A stretch of 64,000 bases of DNA from Octopus vulgaris (lineage: Eukaryota). Shown piece after piece: positions 14,686 through 28,867 of the stretch (position 1 is its first letter; each line of letters opens with the position of its first letter). The DNA lies in contig OX597828.1 in NCBI GenBank assembly GCA_951406725.2, positions 30,504,001 through 30,568,000 on the forward strand, read 5' to 3'. A program made the translations under genes and the position numbers. A model generated the notes under the pieces. The model did no database searches and had not been told where the DNA came from. It worked only from the letters and a program-made list of their open reading frames with translations.

Positions 14686-16614
14686 CATCCATACGTACAT
14701 ATATAAATATATATATACACATACACATACATATATACATACATACATACACACATATATAATGAGATTAATGAGATATAAAAAGATACAATTAATAAGA
14801 ATTGGAGATAGATTAATCCGTTGCCGCCCGCACGAATATATGTATTGTTAGCATACACTATCTTTTCCTTCTCTTTCCTCTGTAGCCGCAAGGAAGCTCA
14901 CTTACATCTCCATTCAATTTTGCTCTCCTCTCTCTCCCCCTTATCTCCCTCTCCTCCCTCTCTACGTTCGCGCAGCTCACACACACGCACACACACATAC
15001 ACACACACATATTTTGTTTCTCTGCTTATACATTCGCGTGTATATGTGTACCTCATGTGTAAGTCATCCTTGGGAATCTCTCAGTAGTTCTTGTGAGGAA
15101 TCTAGGAATCTATATGTATTTCTATATTTGTGCCGGAATTAAAAATATAAACATATCGTCATCTTTTTCTCCATTTATTCGTAACGCTTATTTACTAATA
15201 TAACATATGGAAGAGAAATGCCAATTCACGTAAAACATGTATAGCAGGACATCAGGAATTGTCCGAAATGAGTAAATGATGAAGTCAAAAGGAAGTCTAG
15301 AGTAAAGATGTCATATACTTTGGTTTGTAAAGCAATATCGCCACAAGGAAACACCTTGAACTGAACAGATGAGTTCAGATAGTCCTTTACTGTTGGTTTT
15401 AGAATGGTTGTATGATTCATGCAAATCAGTGCATAGTGTCTGTACCACTAAGGTGTTTTGGCCTTTCCCACCCATTTAGGTTCTCCATCACACTATTTTC
15501 TGACATTAAGGCCAAAACAAACATTTAAAAACCATGAACTTACCATCCAAATGTTAACACTATTACAATTTTTCTCCTTTAAAAACCATCATCCTTACCA
15601 ATGTGATCTCCTTATATATTTCCTCTCTATAGCTTCATCTTTAGGTTCAGAAATTTAATATAACTCTCTCACCACCATTAATTCCTCCAATGCGTCTATA
15701 ACTATTATTTTTCGACGATGGTCATGTGTCGTATAATACAGCAACAAAGAAATAATTAAAAATGTGGCCCCACACTTTACTAAACATTTATGGGTGATTT
15801 TATCGACTAGTTAAAGTTACACAGGCCAACTTTCAAATAATAATAATAATAAAAATATTTGATATTGCATCCATTAACAGTCTCCGTGTTTATTCAAATT
15901 TTACTACTGTTCCTTACATTGATTAATGATCACTATTTGGGACAACGTGCAGGAAATCAAAAACAAACACTGTTTTTGATTTTTATAAAGAAAAAATATT
16001 TAACTCAACATTAATTCACTTACAGTAACAACACTAGGGCTCATTTGGGTAGAAAGGTTTATGAACCTGAGTATACGCCGTGCAATTGCTAAACTGTTCA
16101 TACACAACCAGACCACGCAAATGTATAGATTCACAAAAACTGTAATACATCTGTCTTTAAAAAAAAAATGATTATCAATACGGCAAATACACAAACAAAA
16201 CCTACGATAAAATGATAAAGTTTTGTATTGTAAATGACACACCCGCAGTAGCCACTATTGACTGTGAACAGCGAAGACACTCAACAAACGGAATAAGATG
16301 GTGTCTCTTAAGAAAGATAAATCATTCTTGGCTTGCCGTCAGTGTTAAGAAATACGACTGCGAAGTTTTCAGTGATATTTCTGCTATATTGGGTTTTTTT
16401 GATGTGCTTATATTTTACAACTACATGCGTCGTTTAGGGAAACAAGAGAATCCACATTTAAATGTGAACAAATTTTGATTCCAACATATCACAGGAGAAG
16501 TAAATAAGCAATATGCAAAATATGAACCAACACAATATCTTGATATTTCAAGTTGTCTCCCAGTTTACAAATAATGAAAAAAGATGCTTGTTTTAGTAGG
16601 AAATTACCACATAA

Positions 16615-16759
16615 TAACATTATTTACATTATTTACATTTGACGGATATTTGTCCTTATCTTGTTTGTTGAAAGTTTCGGCTGACATACCCTCCAGCCTT
16701 CATCAAGTGTCTTGGGGAAAATTTCGAACCTGGGTTTTCATTCCTAAGGTATTTTTCGA

Positions 16760-16804
<45 letters not shown>

Positions 16805-16893
16805 TGTTGTTGTTGTTGTTATTCGGTTCACTGCCTGGAATCGAACTCGGAATCATACGGTTAGTTGCTCGCGCTCTTAACCAATACGCCATA
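16615..16893 (-). mobile_element. tRNA-headed SINE-like element with (AAT)n spacer and hammerhead-like 3' module
   Basis: A box tggcgtattggt (16891-16880); B box gagttcgattcc (16848-16837); TTGATGA-a-ggctg..cagcc-GAAA (16706-16675); tandem aatgtaaat tail. Confidence 0.75.
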
Positions 16894-16920
16894 GGCTCCG
16901 AGTTCGATACCAGATAGTGA

Positions 16921-17820
<900 letters not shown>

Positions 17821-18171
17821 ATCGCTCGAGGCTACCGTTTGGCTGCCATCGTGAGGAATTTGGGAAAATGAAGCAAGGGGCAAATTAGCTAGGGTTATAT
17901 ATTTATAAACGTGAGAGGATTTTGTCTATTTATTCATTTCGACAGTGATTAAATTGACGAGGAACACTGTACCAATAAAGCAACTTAAACCGTCCATAGG
18001 ACGGGTGTCTTTGTTAGTCTTCTTCAAAAGCAATAAACAAACGGTCTTGTTCTCAATTTGAAAAAAACGGTGAAATAAATAAATTTTCGACAAGGAAGAC
18101 TTGTTTGTTTATATATCATTAGATTTCTGGTTTACGTTGAAACATAAATATGTGTGTGTATGTGTTTATAC

Positions 18172-18506
<335 letters not shown>

Positions 18507-18519
18507 ATATATATATAAC

Positions 18520-18685
18520 TACACTCACGGAGTTGTTGGCGTTAGGAAGAGCATCCAGCCGGAGAAACACTGCCAGATCTGACTGGGCCTGATGAAGCCT
18601 TCTGGCTTCACAGACCCCAGTTGAACCCTCCAACCCATGCTAGCATGGAAAACGGACGCTAAATGATGATGATGATGATGATGAT
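18520..18685 (+). mobile_element. 3' part of a further SINE/RTE-type tail ending in (ATG)n
   Basis: ttggcgttaggaagagcatccagcc...catgctagcatggaaaacggacgctaaatgatgatg. Confidence 0.6.
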
Positions 18686-19328
18686 ATATATATATATATA
18701 TATGTATACATCTACATATGTACATATGCACGTATATATATATGTATATATATATATATGTGTGTGTGTGTGTAATCGCATACCCATAACCATACTTACC
18801 ATACACACAAACATATACACATGTATTATAAATTTTAGTGTCGTTTGTCAACCAGCTTGTAGCTTTCAGCTTTGATAAAAGATATAAACTTTACCTATCA
18901 TTTTATCTACACTAAATTTATTCGAATTTTCAATATTTTAATGTGAAAAAAATGTATTACCAAATACAAAATTTAAGATATACGATAGAGTGTCTAAAAT
19001 ATAAGCAAATGTGCTAAATGATTATAATTTGACAATGTATTTAACGGCTTATATATAGCTGTTTAAATCTTTGCAGGTGTATTGTAATGAATGTTTTCTC
19101 TTGTGAATCGTCTGTATGATTATTAATTCAAGAATAAGTATAATTTCACTCCGAATTCGTATATTTACACTTGTATGTATATTTATCAATTCATATACAC
19201 ATACATTAACATACGCCAATGAACTCATACACACACAGACGTACACAGACGCAGATTCACACACATATACACACACAAACTCGCACACATGCACACACAT
19301 ATTCAGAGATGTGTAATTACGTGTATAA

Positions 19329-19369
<41 letters not shown>

Positions 19370-19406
19370 TACATGCATACATATATATATATAATTACTT
19401 ACATAC

Positions 19407-19456
<50 letters not shown>

Positions 19457-19507
19457 GCATAAACACACACACACAAACACACAAACACACACAGACACAC
19501 ACACATA

Positions 19508-19544
<37 letters not shown>

Positions 19545-20319
19545 TTAATTAGGTGAATATTTACCACGTATTCAAAATGTCTGGCACAGTTATGTTTACT
19601 GTTTATACAATTCATGCGATATTCGATGATATCACGTTTCTTGTCACGCAGTTATATAACATACAAGACACTGAAAATATTCCAAGCATTCAATTCATGA
19701 GATAAAACGAAATTGATTCCGAATCAGCAAGATGGATCGCTAAATGAGGTGGGAATTTTTGATAGGTTATTTCCCATCCAATAATTGCAAAGAAGAGAGG
19801 AATTAAAGCAAGAATTTGAAATTGTTATACAAACACTGAAGTATTGGGAAAATATAATGTAATGTGAAAAAGTATGCAAGAGGTTTGTAATGACTGATTA
19901 GTGTTCAAAAGATCTGTGTCAAATAATTTTTATGCATACATGTTTATACACACACACACACACACACGCATACCCGCACACTTATCCACTTATACACACT
20001 TATACAGACATTTACACGCACATTTATGCAAACATTCGCACATACGCACAGCTATTGAACTGAATTTATGTAATTTATAATTGTCTTATATATTAAATTT
20101 TATAATTTGGTGAGTTAATGCTTTGCTATTCATCTGTGTCATCTGTGGGTACACAATGTCTTCAGGTAAGTTATGAGTGAAACATCATACATTTGGCACA
20201 TATGAGTAGTATACCTACCATGGGGTGCGATGGCGCAAGGGTGATGAGTAAAGGAGGAAAGTAACGTAACTAGAAACAGAAACAGCAAGTGAGAAAAGAG
20301 AAGGAAAATAGAAGAGGGA

Positions 20320-20872
20320 AACATGGGGTGGAAGAAGGAGGGAGGAGGAGAAGGAAGGTGGAGAGAAGTAGAAGGAGGAAGAGGAAGAGGAGAAGAAGGA
20401 GGTGAAGAAGAAGAAGAAAAGCAGAAAAAGAAGAAGGAGAAGGAGAAAACAGGAGGAGGAGGAGGAGGAGGAGGAAGAGAAGGAGGAGAAGGAAGGGGGA
20501 GAAGTAGAAGGAGGAAGAGGAGGAGAAGAAGGAGGTGAAGAAGAAGGAGAAGAAGAAGAAGAAGGAGAAGAATAACAAAAGAAGAATAAGAAGAAGGAGA
20601 AGAAGAAAAAAAGAAGAAGAAAGCAGAAGGAGGAGGAGTCGGAGAAGAAGAAGGAGGCGAAGAAGAAGAAGAAGAAAAGAAGAAAACATGAGGGGACAGA
20701 AGGGAAGAAGAAAACATAAGGAGGAAGAAGGGAAGAAGAAAACAGGAGGAGGAAGAGAAGAAGAAGAAGAAGAAGAAGAAGAAGAAGAAGAAGAAGAAGA
20801 AGAAGAAGAAGAAGAAGAAGAAGAAGAAGAAGAAGAAGAAGAAGAAGAAGAAGAAGAAGAAGAAGAAAAAGA
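20320..20872. repeat. Polypurine tract ending in pure (GAA)n (~37 units, 20757-20867)
   Basis: Directly visible. Confidence 0.97.
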
Positions 20873-21927
20873 ACAGCAAATGCAACCCAAAAAATGGAAT
20901 GATGTGTTTTGGTAGAGTTGAATGAGGTAGACTTGGCTGTTGTTAGAATGGTAAAAGACTTCAATGAGAAAATTAATGGAAAAAATGGCAAATACGGAAA
21001 TGAATTAACTTAGACGAGTGGAGAAAGAACTAAAGTTGTAAGGCATTTAAAAGTAGAAATATATAAATGAATATAAAGAAAAGGACATGACAATTAAAAT
21101 GAATAGAAATGAATAGAAAGAGAAATCTTAGCAGTAGCTGTGCTGATCTAGAGAAATCGGAATGGTAAATAATTCAAAAGGAACTTAGAAATGTCATTCA
21201 ATTGTAGTTATATTGGCTGACAAAATCAAACAAAATCTAAAGTAAATCGAGGAATCACAAATTAGAGAATTGAGATGAATAAAAAAAATATTTTGAGTGA
21301 AATATTAAAATAATTTAGAAGACAGAAGAAAAGAACTGAAAAAAAAATATTCAAAGAGAACTACTGAAAAAAATTAATGAAAAATGTTGAAAAATATTTT
21401 TAAAAAAGTTTTAAATACAATACAAATTTGCAAAATTATAAATATTAGATATCTTCTAAGAAATGTAAATATGAATAAAATGAAAAAAAAAAATTAAATG
21501 AAAGGAAAAAACATAAAGAGAAGAAATTAAAAACTTAAAGATGAGATTACAGTCCGAGTAACTCTTCAGGGAAATGAGTAAATAAATGATGATGGGAATG
21601 ACGTTGTTGAAGAAGATAGACTAACGTGACGATAAATATAATATTAATCGCTACGAAGACACACAGTACTCTTTTAATCTATACTCAAAACTAAACGCAT
21701 AACACACACACACACAGATATCTATATATATACATACATATGTACATATATACATACATATGTATATATATATATATATTATATTATATTAAATTAGAAA
21801 TAAAACCACTATTAGGCAAATCAAACAATGAAAAACTTAAGCCAATACATAAAATTAATTCATTTATATTATTTTAGATATATCAAAAGTATTAAAAGTT
21901 TAATAAAAGATAATGAGTAAAACACTA

Positions 21928-21985
<58 letters not shown>

Positions 21986-22211
21986 GAATTCGACAAATAG
22001 GACAAGAGCGCAAAACATCCAAACAACTAGAGGATACAAAAAGGGACATTTACATACATACATATATATATATACGCACACACATATACATAGATATATA
22101 CATACATAAACATACACACACACACATGCACATATGCATAGACACAGACAGACAGACACACATATAAGTATCTATCTATATATCTCTCTGTCTATCTCTC
22201 TCTCCCTCTCA

Positions 22212-22310
<99 letters not shown>

Positions 22311-22639
22311 TAATAAGATGTTTAGGGATTTACGTAAACTTTGCTTCGGAACAAATGTATAAACTATCACATACTTATTAGTAAATTATTTAACTAAACC
22401 GTTTTCCTCTTTAACTGAGTCTACATATGTGGTGACCTCGTACAGAGTTATGCAGAGTTCTTGATTCTATATTATCATTTACCATATATATTGCCTATTT
22501 AAACATTTATTCACATGCATACCTGCCCAAATGATTCATATACAGTGATAACATGTACGTGCCGCCCATTAGCTCACTCTCAACACTCAACGCTATGTGA
22601 AACGGTGCACTGTGTGCCACACTTTAGTCGTTTCAGTGA

Positions 22640-22757
22640 TCGCTGAGCAATGCGAGATGAAGTGTTTTGTTGAACACGCAACGCTCTATCCCGTTCTAAC
22701 AATTGAAATAATGCTCTCGCAATCGCATGCGCGATACATCCTAACCACTAGGCCATA
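22640..22757 (-). mobile_element. Degenerate tRNA/CORE-SINE head
   Basis: Reverse complement tggcctagtggttagg...gttcaacaaaacacttcatctc resembles the 27920-28256 family. Confidence 0.5.
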
Positions 22758-22779
22758 TCCATCTATGTATGTATGTATG

Positions 22780-22845
<66 letters not shown>

Positions 22846-22973
22846 CCTATCAATATATATATATATATGTACATATATACATACATACATACCTGCATAC
22901 ATACATAATACATATGTACATATATATGTATGTATACATATATACACACACACATATATATATATATACATAA

Positions 22974-23069
<96 letters not shown>

Positions 23070-23269
23070 ATCTTAACTGCTTTCTCGTGTACGGGCGAAG
23101 TCATTGCTAAAAAGAATCATTCAAATTAGTCAATGTTGATGTAATGTGTGACCCTTGTATAACCCTTGACACCGGCGAAAGTTTTGGACGTTGTATTACA
23201 ACATGCACAACTATTTTGGCTGACAGAGGAACGAGGTGCTGCAGTATAAACTCCTTTGGCATGCCTTCC

Positions 23270-23994
23270 ACATACTTTCCACATGTTGCACATTCTCTGC
23301 TGTGAACAATAACCATATCACTGTTTACCGTCAGAATAAGTACGCTGATGGCTGATCAGGTCAGCGCGACTAAAGCACAAACCACACAAACACAAAAGCA
23401 ACACTCCCTGTTTTTCCACAGGTTCAGTCCTTCTAAGCCTTCTCCTAATCTTCTCGTGCTTCGTTCCCCACCCCTCAAACCTGAAACAGCCACTGTGCAC
23501 TACTCTCTTTCTCCATCCATCTCGGTTTTGTCCCCCCCTTCCAATCAACAACTGAAACACATGTCTGTGTCAGAGCAATTCTGAGGCAGTCCTTGAACCT
23601 CAATTTGGGTTTACATGTTGATCTACCATCTTCCGGCTTACCATACAGAAGTTGCTCGGCAAGTCTTTCATCATTCATTAGTAGTAGATATCCAATCCAC
23701 CTCAAGCAACTTTGCTGAATCATTGATTCTACACTTCTACCATCAATCATTTCAAATACTTCACTTCTTCATTTTCCCAAGAATTTTCCTAAGACAATAT
23801 CGATGATATCGTTCCAAATGCTAAGCAGCCCAGGTCTCACTTCCATATAGCAAAGATGGAAGGAAGCATGTGTTATAAACCCTAACTGCAATTTGGAAAG
23901 ATATACTATGACCTGACAAGAGGCACATGTCAAACCTACAAAACCTATTATTAGCTTTGCTGATCCTGTATGAAATTTCATCATCAAAACCAGC

Positions 23995-23995
<1 letters not shown>
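23270..23995 (-). mobile_element. RTE-clade LINE 3' fragment with C-terminal zinc-finger remnants
   Basis: LRWIGYLLLMNDERLAEQLLYG...KPKLRFKDCL, CLCGLCFSRADLISHQRT and ECATCGK. Confidence 0.8.
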
Positions 23996-24051
<56 letters not shown>

Positions 24052-24340
24052 CAGTTATCCCCAAGCTAGTATGGCAGTCCATAAATATAGGAAGAAACTG
24101 CCGTTGATTAGCTCCAAGAGGCCATCGCTTCTAGCTTGCTACTCTGCATTGATAAAAGGCAAACATGTCTGCAGATGTCTGACCAGCACGGGGAAGCGGC
24201 TAACATCCCCTGTTCGACAGTTATAATGGACACAGGTTCGTGTGTCATATAGCTAGCTAGAGGCGATGGCATCTTGGAGCTAATCAACGGCAGTTTTCTT
24301 CCTATATTTATGGACTGCCATATTAGCTTGGCGATAACTG
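24052..24340. mobile_element. MITE/foldback DNA element with ~85-bp TIRs flanked by TTAA
   Basis: TTAA|cagttatccccaagctagtatggcagtccataaatatagg... pairs with ...cctatatttatggactgccatattagcttggcgataactg|TTAA. Confidence 0.9.
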
Positions 24341-24429
24341 TTAATATCCAGTACCACTGATGTAGTCTCATTTAGAGCGACTTAGAAATAATAATATTTC
24401 TCTCTCTCTCTCTCTCTATATATATATAA

Positions 24430-26066
24430 ATGGAGTCAAACGCAGGTGTTGTTTAATTTCTTTTACTTCCGACACTTGTTTCGACGATATCACTGTTATT
24501 ATTCCAAATGAATAAAATGGTGTAAAACAATGTAATATTCTCTTCACGGAAATGAAGAAATGAAACTCGTCAATCAGACATTTTAACAGAAAATGATAGA
24601 TATGTATAACGCTATTACGTTTCTTTCAAAAAACGTTAGAGGTTATAAAGTCAAAGGTAGCTTATAGAAAGAGAATGGGTAAAGGAAAGAAAAAAGCAAA
24701 TAAACGAGAAGTATATAACTGTATGTACATTAAATAAAACCAATTAGACTTGGAAAAAGATATATCTATTCAATGTGAAATGTAAGGAGAAAATTAATGT
24801 TTCAATTATATATAATGATAGATATCACTTATATGAACTAAAGGTGTGTTTCCGCCAATATTTACATCGGTATGCACGCTCTATAACCGTGTTTACAGGG
24901 GGATTGTTAAAAAAAAGAATAAAAAATAGTTCAGAATTACGGAGAAGACAGAATTCCTTGCCTTTGTCATAAGCTACCGACATTGAGAGAATCAACCAAT
25001 CTAAATTAAATTGTTTGTTGTGGTTTTAGATACCAAATTAATCTATTGAGCCCTGTACTGTTACGTTTATTCCTGTCCTTAAAAGTAGAGTAATGATTAG
25101 AAATTATTTTAGATAACTAAGAAGATGCGCTGCTTATATAAAAAATACTACATTACCGGAAGCAATTTTATACTGGTATATAGAATTTTGAATTTTAGAG
25201 TTACTTGACAAAAAGTTGATTCTGTTGTAATTGACTTCAAATACAATAATCTTGTTATTAATATTTCTAGTGGGGTAGATGGAATTAGCTAAATTAATGT
25301 TAGTAATAGTAAATGTATCAATATTTAACAGGTTAATATTATGCGAAGAAATAATTTGTAAGACATTTTCGTGTTGGACAAACAACCCTGACCGTGTGTG
25401 AGTTGATAATAGAATAATACCAAGAATTCTTTGGAAAATTTCTAATAATAGCTTCACGAAACTGCAAAGGAAGATTAGATTTAATTTGCCTCCCGTAAGG
25501 AACAATTAACAAAATGAGTTTACTATTAGTTACCTTATTTTTAGTGTAACTCTCTTTGAAAGACATAGATTTACCTTTATAACAAAAATAGGGGATTAAA
25601 TAAGGGTTATCTCCCTTCCTATGTTTGGTGTTGGCGTATAAATTAAAATTGATATCGTTTATATCCTTACAACTAGATTTCATATCTCCATTAGTAAAGG
25701 TAGAATAAGATTGAATGGAATTAATGTAGGTAAATTTCTCTGTATAACCTGTATAAGGCAGAGTTATAAAACTCGGCCTTATCGTTGAAAATGTCAACAT
25801 TAGCAGATAACTTAGACAATTGAAATGAAATATTCTTAACTAAATTCCTAGTAATTGCCCTAGAATGATTACCGAATTTGCTAATATACTTAAGATTGGT
25901 TGACGGTTTGTGCAGTGACACGTTAATAAGTACTGCTTAAACACTGTTCAATTTCGCAATAGGGAAGTGATATGAAATTTAGAGGCTTAATATTGGAATA
26001 TCTTTCGTTAAATAACTTGAATTAATGTAGTTTTTGTTTTCTACATAACTCGTTAATATATATAGA
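24430..26066 (-). mobile_element. Degenerate Penelope-like element with 3' hammerhead-like motif
   Basis: HKPSTNLKYISKFGNHSRAITRNLVKNISFQLSKLSANVDIFN (RT thumb) and VPYGRQIKSNLPLQF...NFPKNSWYYSIINSHTVRV (linker); HHR-like motif at 24466-24552. Confidence 0.7.
24466..24552 (-). ncRNA. Hammerhead-like motif with long stem II (C3G, probably inactive copy)
   Basis: tttcc-GTGAAGA-[58-nt stem II]-GAAA-caagtg-TC-ggaag. Confidence 0.6.
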
Positions 26067-26330
26067 ATTAGCGTCATGTCATATTTTCTGAGCAATTCTT
26101 ATATAATGCATATCAACATAAATCCAAGAAGAAATAAAATTTTAATTTACAAAGCTATATCGATTAACGAGTTATGTAGAAGAAATAAACTTGGCTTTGA
26201 ATACTACATTAATTAAAGTTATTTAACGAAAGATATTCCGATATTAAAGCCTCTCCATTTCATATCACAACGATAATGCGAAATTGAACAGTGTTTAAGC
26301 AGTACTTATTAATTAATGTGACACTGCACA
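25909..26330. repeat. Imperfect inverted repeat (arms ~25909-26066 and ~26155-26330) of PLE RT-coding sequence
   Basis: ttaataagtactgcttaaacactgttcaatttcgc versus gcgaaattgaacagtgtttaagcagtacttattaa; further matches along both arms. Confidence 0.9.
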
Positions 26331-26660
26331 TTGAGATGTCCAGTGAGCTGACAAGAAAAAATCGATGCTTTCAAGCCTATAATTATCAATACGCTACTAT
26401 GTGGATTAAGTACATTCACTTGATATATTTTATTATTTTTAAATTTCCGATCATACACCAGTATAAAGTTGTCTCAGTCATTTCTCTGAATGATGTAAAG
26501 TTTTCAAAAACTTACAAAATGGTATTAAGAACAGCTTTTCCAGATACCTCGATCTTGAAATTGATGGAAATATGATAGTTCCATAGCTCTCCGATATACA
26601 ATAATGTACACACAGATCTGGAGAATAGAATGTTATAAATAAACATAACATCAAGTACAT

Positions 26661-26739
<79 letters not shown>

Positions 26740-26768
26740 CTGTGTGTGGGTGTGTGTATTGGTATGTG

Positions 26769-26819
<51 letters not shown>

Positions 26820-27919
26820 TATAGTTATCTGTGTGTATATGTAGAGTAGCATACATACATACATACATACATACATACATACATACATACGCTGGGTTAA
26901 GAGGGATTACAACTTTTGAGTCACAGCCATCTGGTCACCTACAAGGAGTTTGAAAAGATTTTGCTGTTTTCCTTGTGTACATTACAAAATGTCTACGATG
27001 CGCCAAAAGCCAGGCCTGATTCTATCAACCAGTAGAAATGACCAAGAAACGATACTACCTCTGCAGAGAAAATTTAACGTAAGCCACCAACTATGACCAC
27101 CGTGCTTACTTTCAGTAATGTAAGCTATGTCATTCCTGGAGTTGGTTACTTCTGTTTGTTCCTAAAACTATTACCCTCACCATCTTAAATGAGGGCCACG
27201 TACTGGAGACTGTTTGAGGAATCTCTGCTACGTATTATTCAAGGAAATTCAGAGTAATGCCATAAAACATGGGATAACATTCCCTCGTGCACTACGAAAT
27301 ATGGCCAATTGAATTCAAACATTGCCAGTCGTATAGTTAGTATAATCGCGACACTCGGAGTGGAATTAGTAAAAGCAAAGAAAATGAACGTACACACACA
27401 CGTGCACACACATACATGCACACACACAAACACAAACACACATGCAAATCTTAAAAAAACTAGAGACTTTAAAGGAAAATTACGTAAAATCGTAAAGTCC
27501 CAATGAACACAATCACGCAATGCATGGTGCAAAGAATATAACAAAACACCTTACATTAGGATCCACTAAACAATATTGTACTAACCAGAACAAGAATTCC
27601 CATGAAGAACAACTTATATAAAATATATAATGACACCATATACAACAATATATGAAATATATGCAGTCAAGAAGCACATAAAACGTCGCAAATATCCTCA
27701 AAGACATGTATATCTGAGAGAAAGGGGGAGAGAGAGAGAAAGAAAGAAAGAAAGAGAATGAAGAAACTACGCGTGCGCATATACCTCCCTGAGTAGGAAA
27801 CGGTCTGTTATGTCCATTATATAGGTATAACCGGGTATATATGTGCACATATGTTTGTATAATAAATTGATATTAATCATAGAAAAAAAATTATGATCTT
27901 CAATTTCAAATCGCTGGGA

Positions 27920-28256
27920 GTAAAGACCCCCTTCAGTCATGAATGACCATGGGATTGCCCCTCGAAACTTAACTTCTCAGGCACAAGTTTGGGCAGGGTT
28001 GTTTATGGAAGATCGGCAGCTGTCCATGCATATCACCCTTTCCTCTTCACGCCACCGATGTTAATCAAGGGAAAGCCAAAGGTCGATAGTGCTTGGCACC
28101 AATGACGCCGTAACTCATTTCAACAGCTCAGTGAACTGGAGCAACGCGAAATAAAGTGTCTCGCTCAAACACACAACATACAACCCACTCTAGGAAACGA
28201 ACTCACTACCTCATGATTGTGAGCTCAGCGCTCTAAACACTGACGTCATGCGCTTC
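27920..28256 (-). mobile_element. tRNA/CORE-like SINE (same family as the head at 63913)
   Basis: Reverse complement gaagcgcatgacgtcagtgtttagagcg...gtgagttcg...ttgagcgagacacttt...gtgcaatcccatggtc-like tail. Confidence 0.8.
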
Positions 28257-28710
28257 ATCAAATTTCTGAGAACAACATCGTTAAATACAGCAATCTTCAA
28301 GTATACACTGCTAGTTGAAGTCGGCCTTTTTATACACATTTTCCATTATTTTAATGAAAGCTAAAAAAAAAAAATATGTGGTTAATACAAGTAATATGAA
28401 TAGATAAATTCTAACGTTAATGCTGAAGCTTTTGTCGATGAAAGCTGGAAGTAAAAACAAACAAAACAATTTCAATTTCAAATTCAGTAGCAGATACACC
28501 GAACTGTAGTTGTACGTATTTATGTATGCATTTACTTTATAATTATACTGGCAAATAAACGAACATAATGATGTTTATATGCTTAGGTTTCCCCACTCTG
28601 ACGGTTTCCCTTTTTTTGCATCCCCCACACGTACACACAAATATACTCGCATATCTATGTGGTTGTGCATTTATATATAGATATGTATATATGTATATAT
28701 GCTATAAAAA

Positions 28711-28750
<40 letters not shown>

Positions 28751-28827
28751 ATACATACATAGATACATACAGATTTACAGAGGGGGACAGAGTGATGTTG
28801 CGTGTTTGTATATATGTACACACGCAA

Positions 28828-28867
<40 letters not shown>

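Noticed and set aside
18589-18615. CTGATGA followed by the agcc/ggct hairpin
   Set aside because: There is no GAAA or stem III after the hairpin; it is part of a SINE tail.
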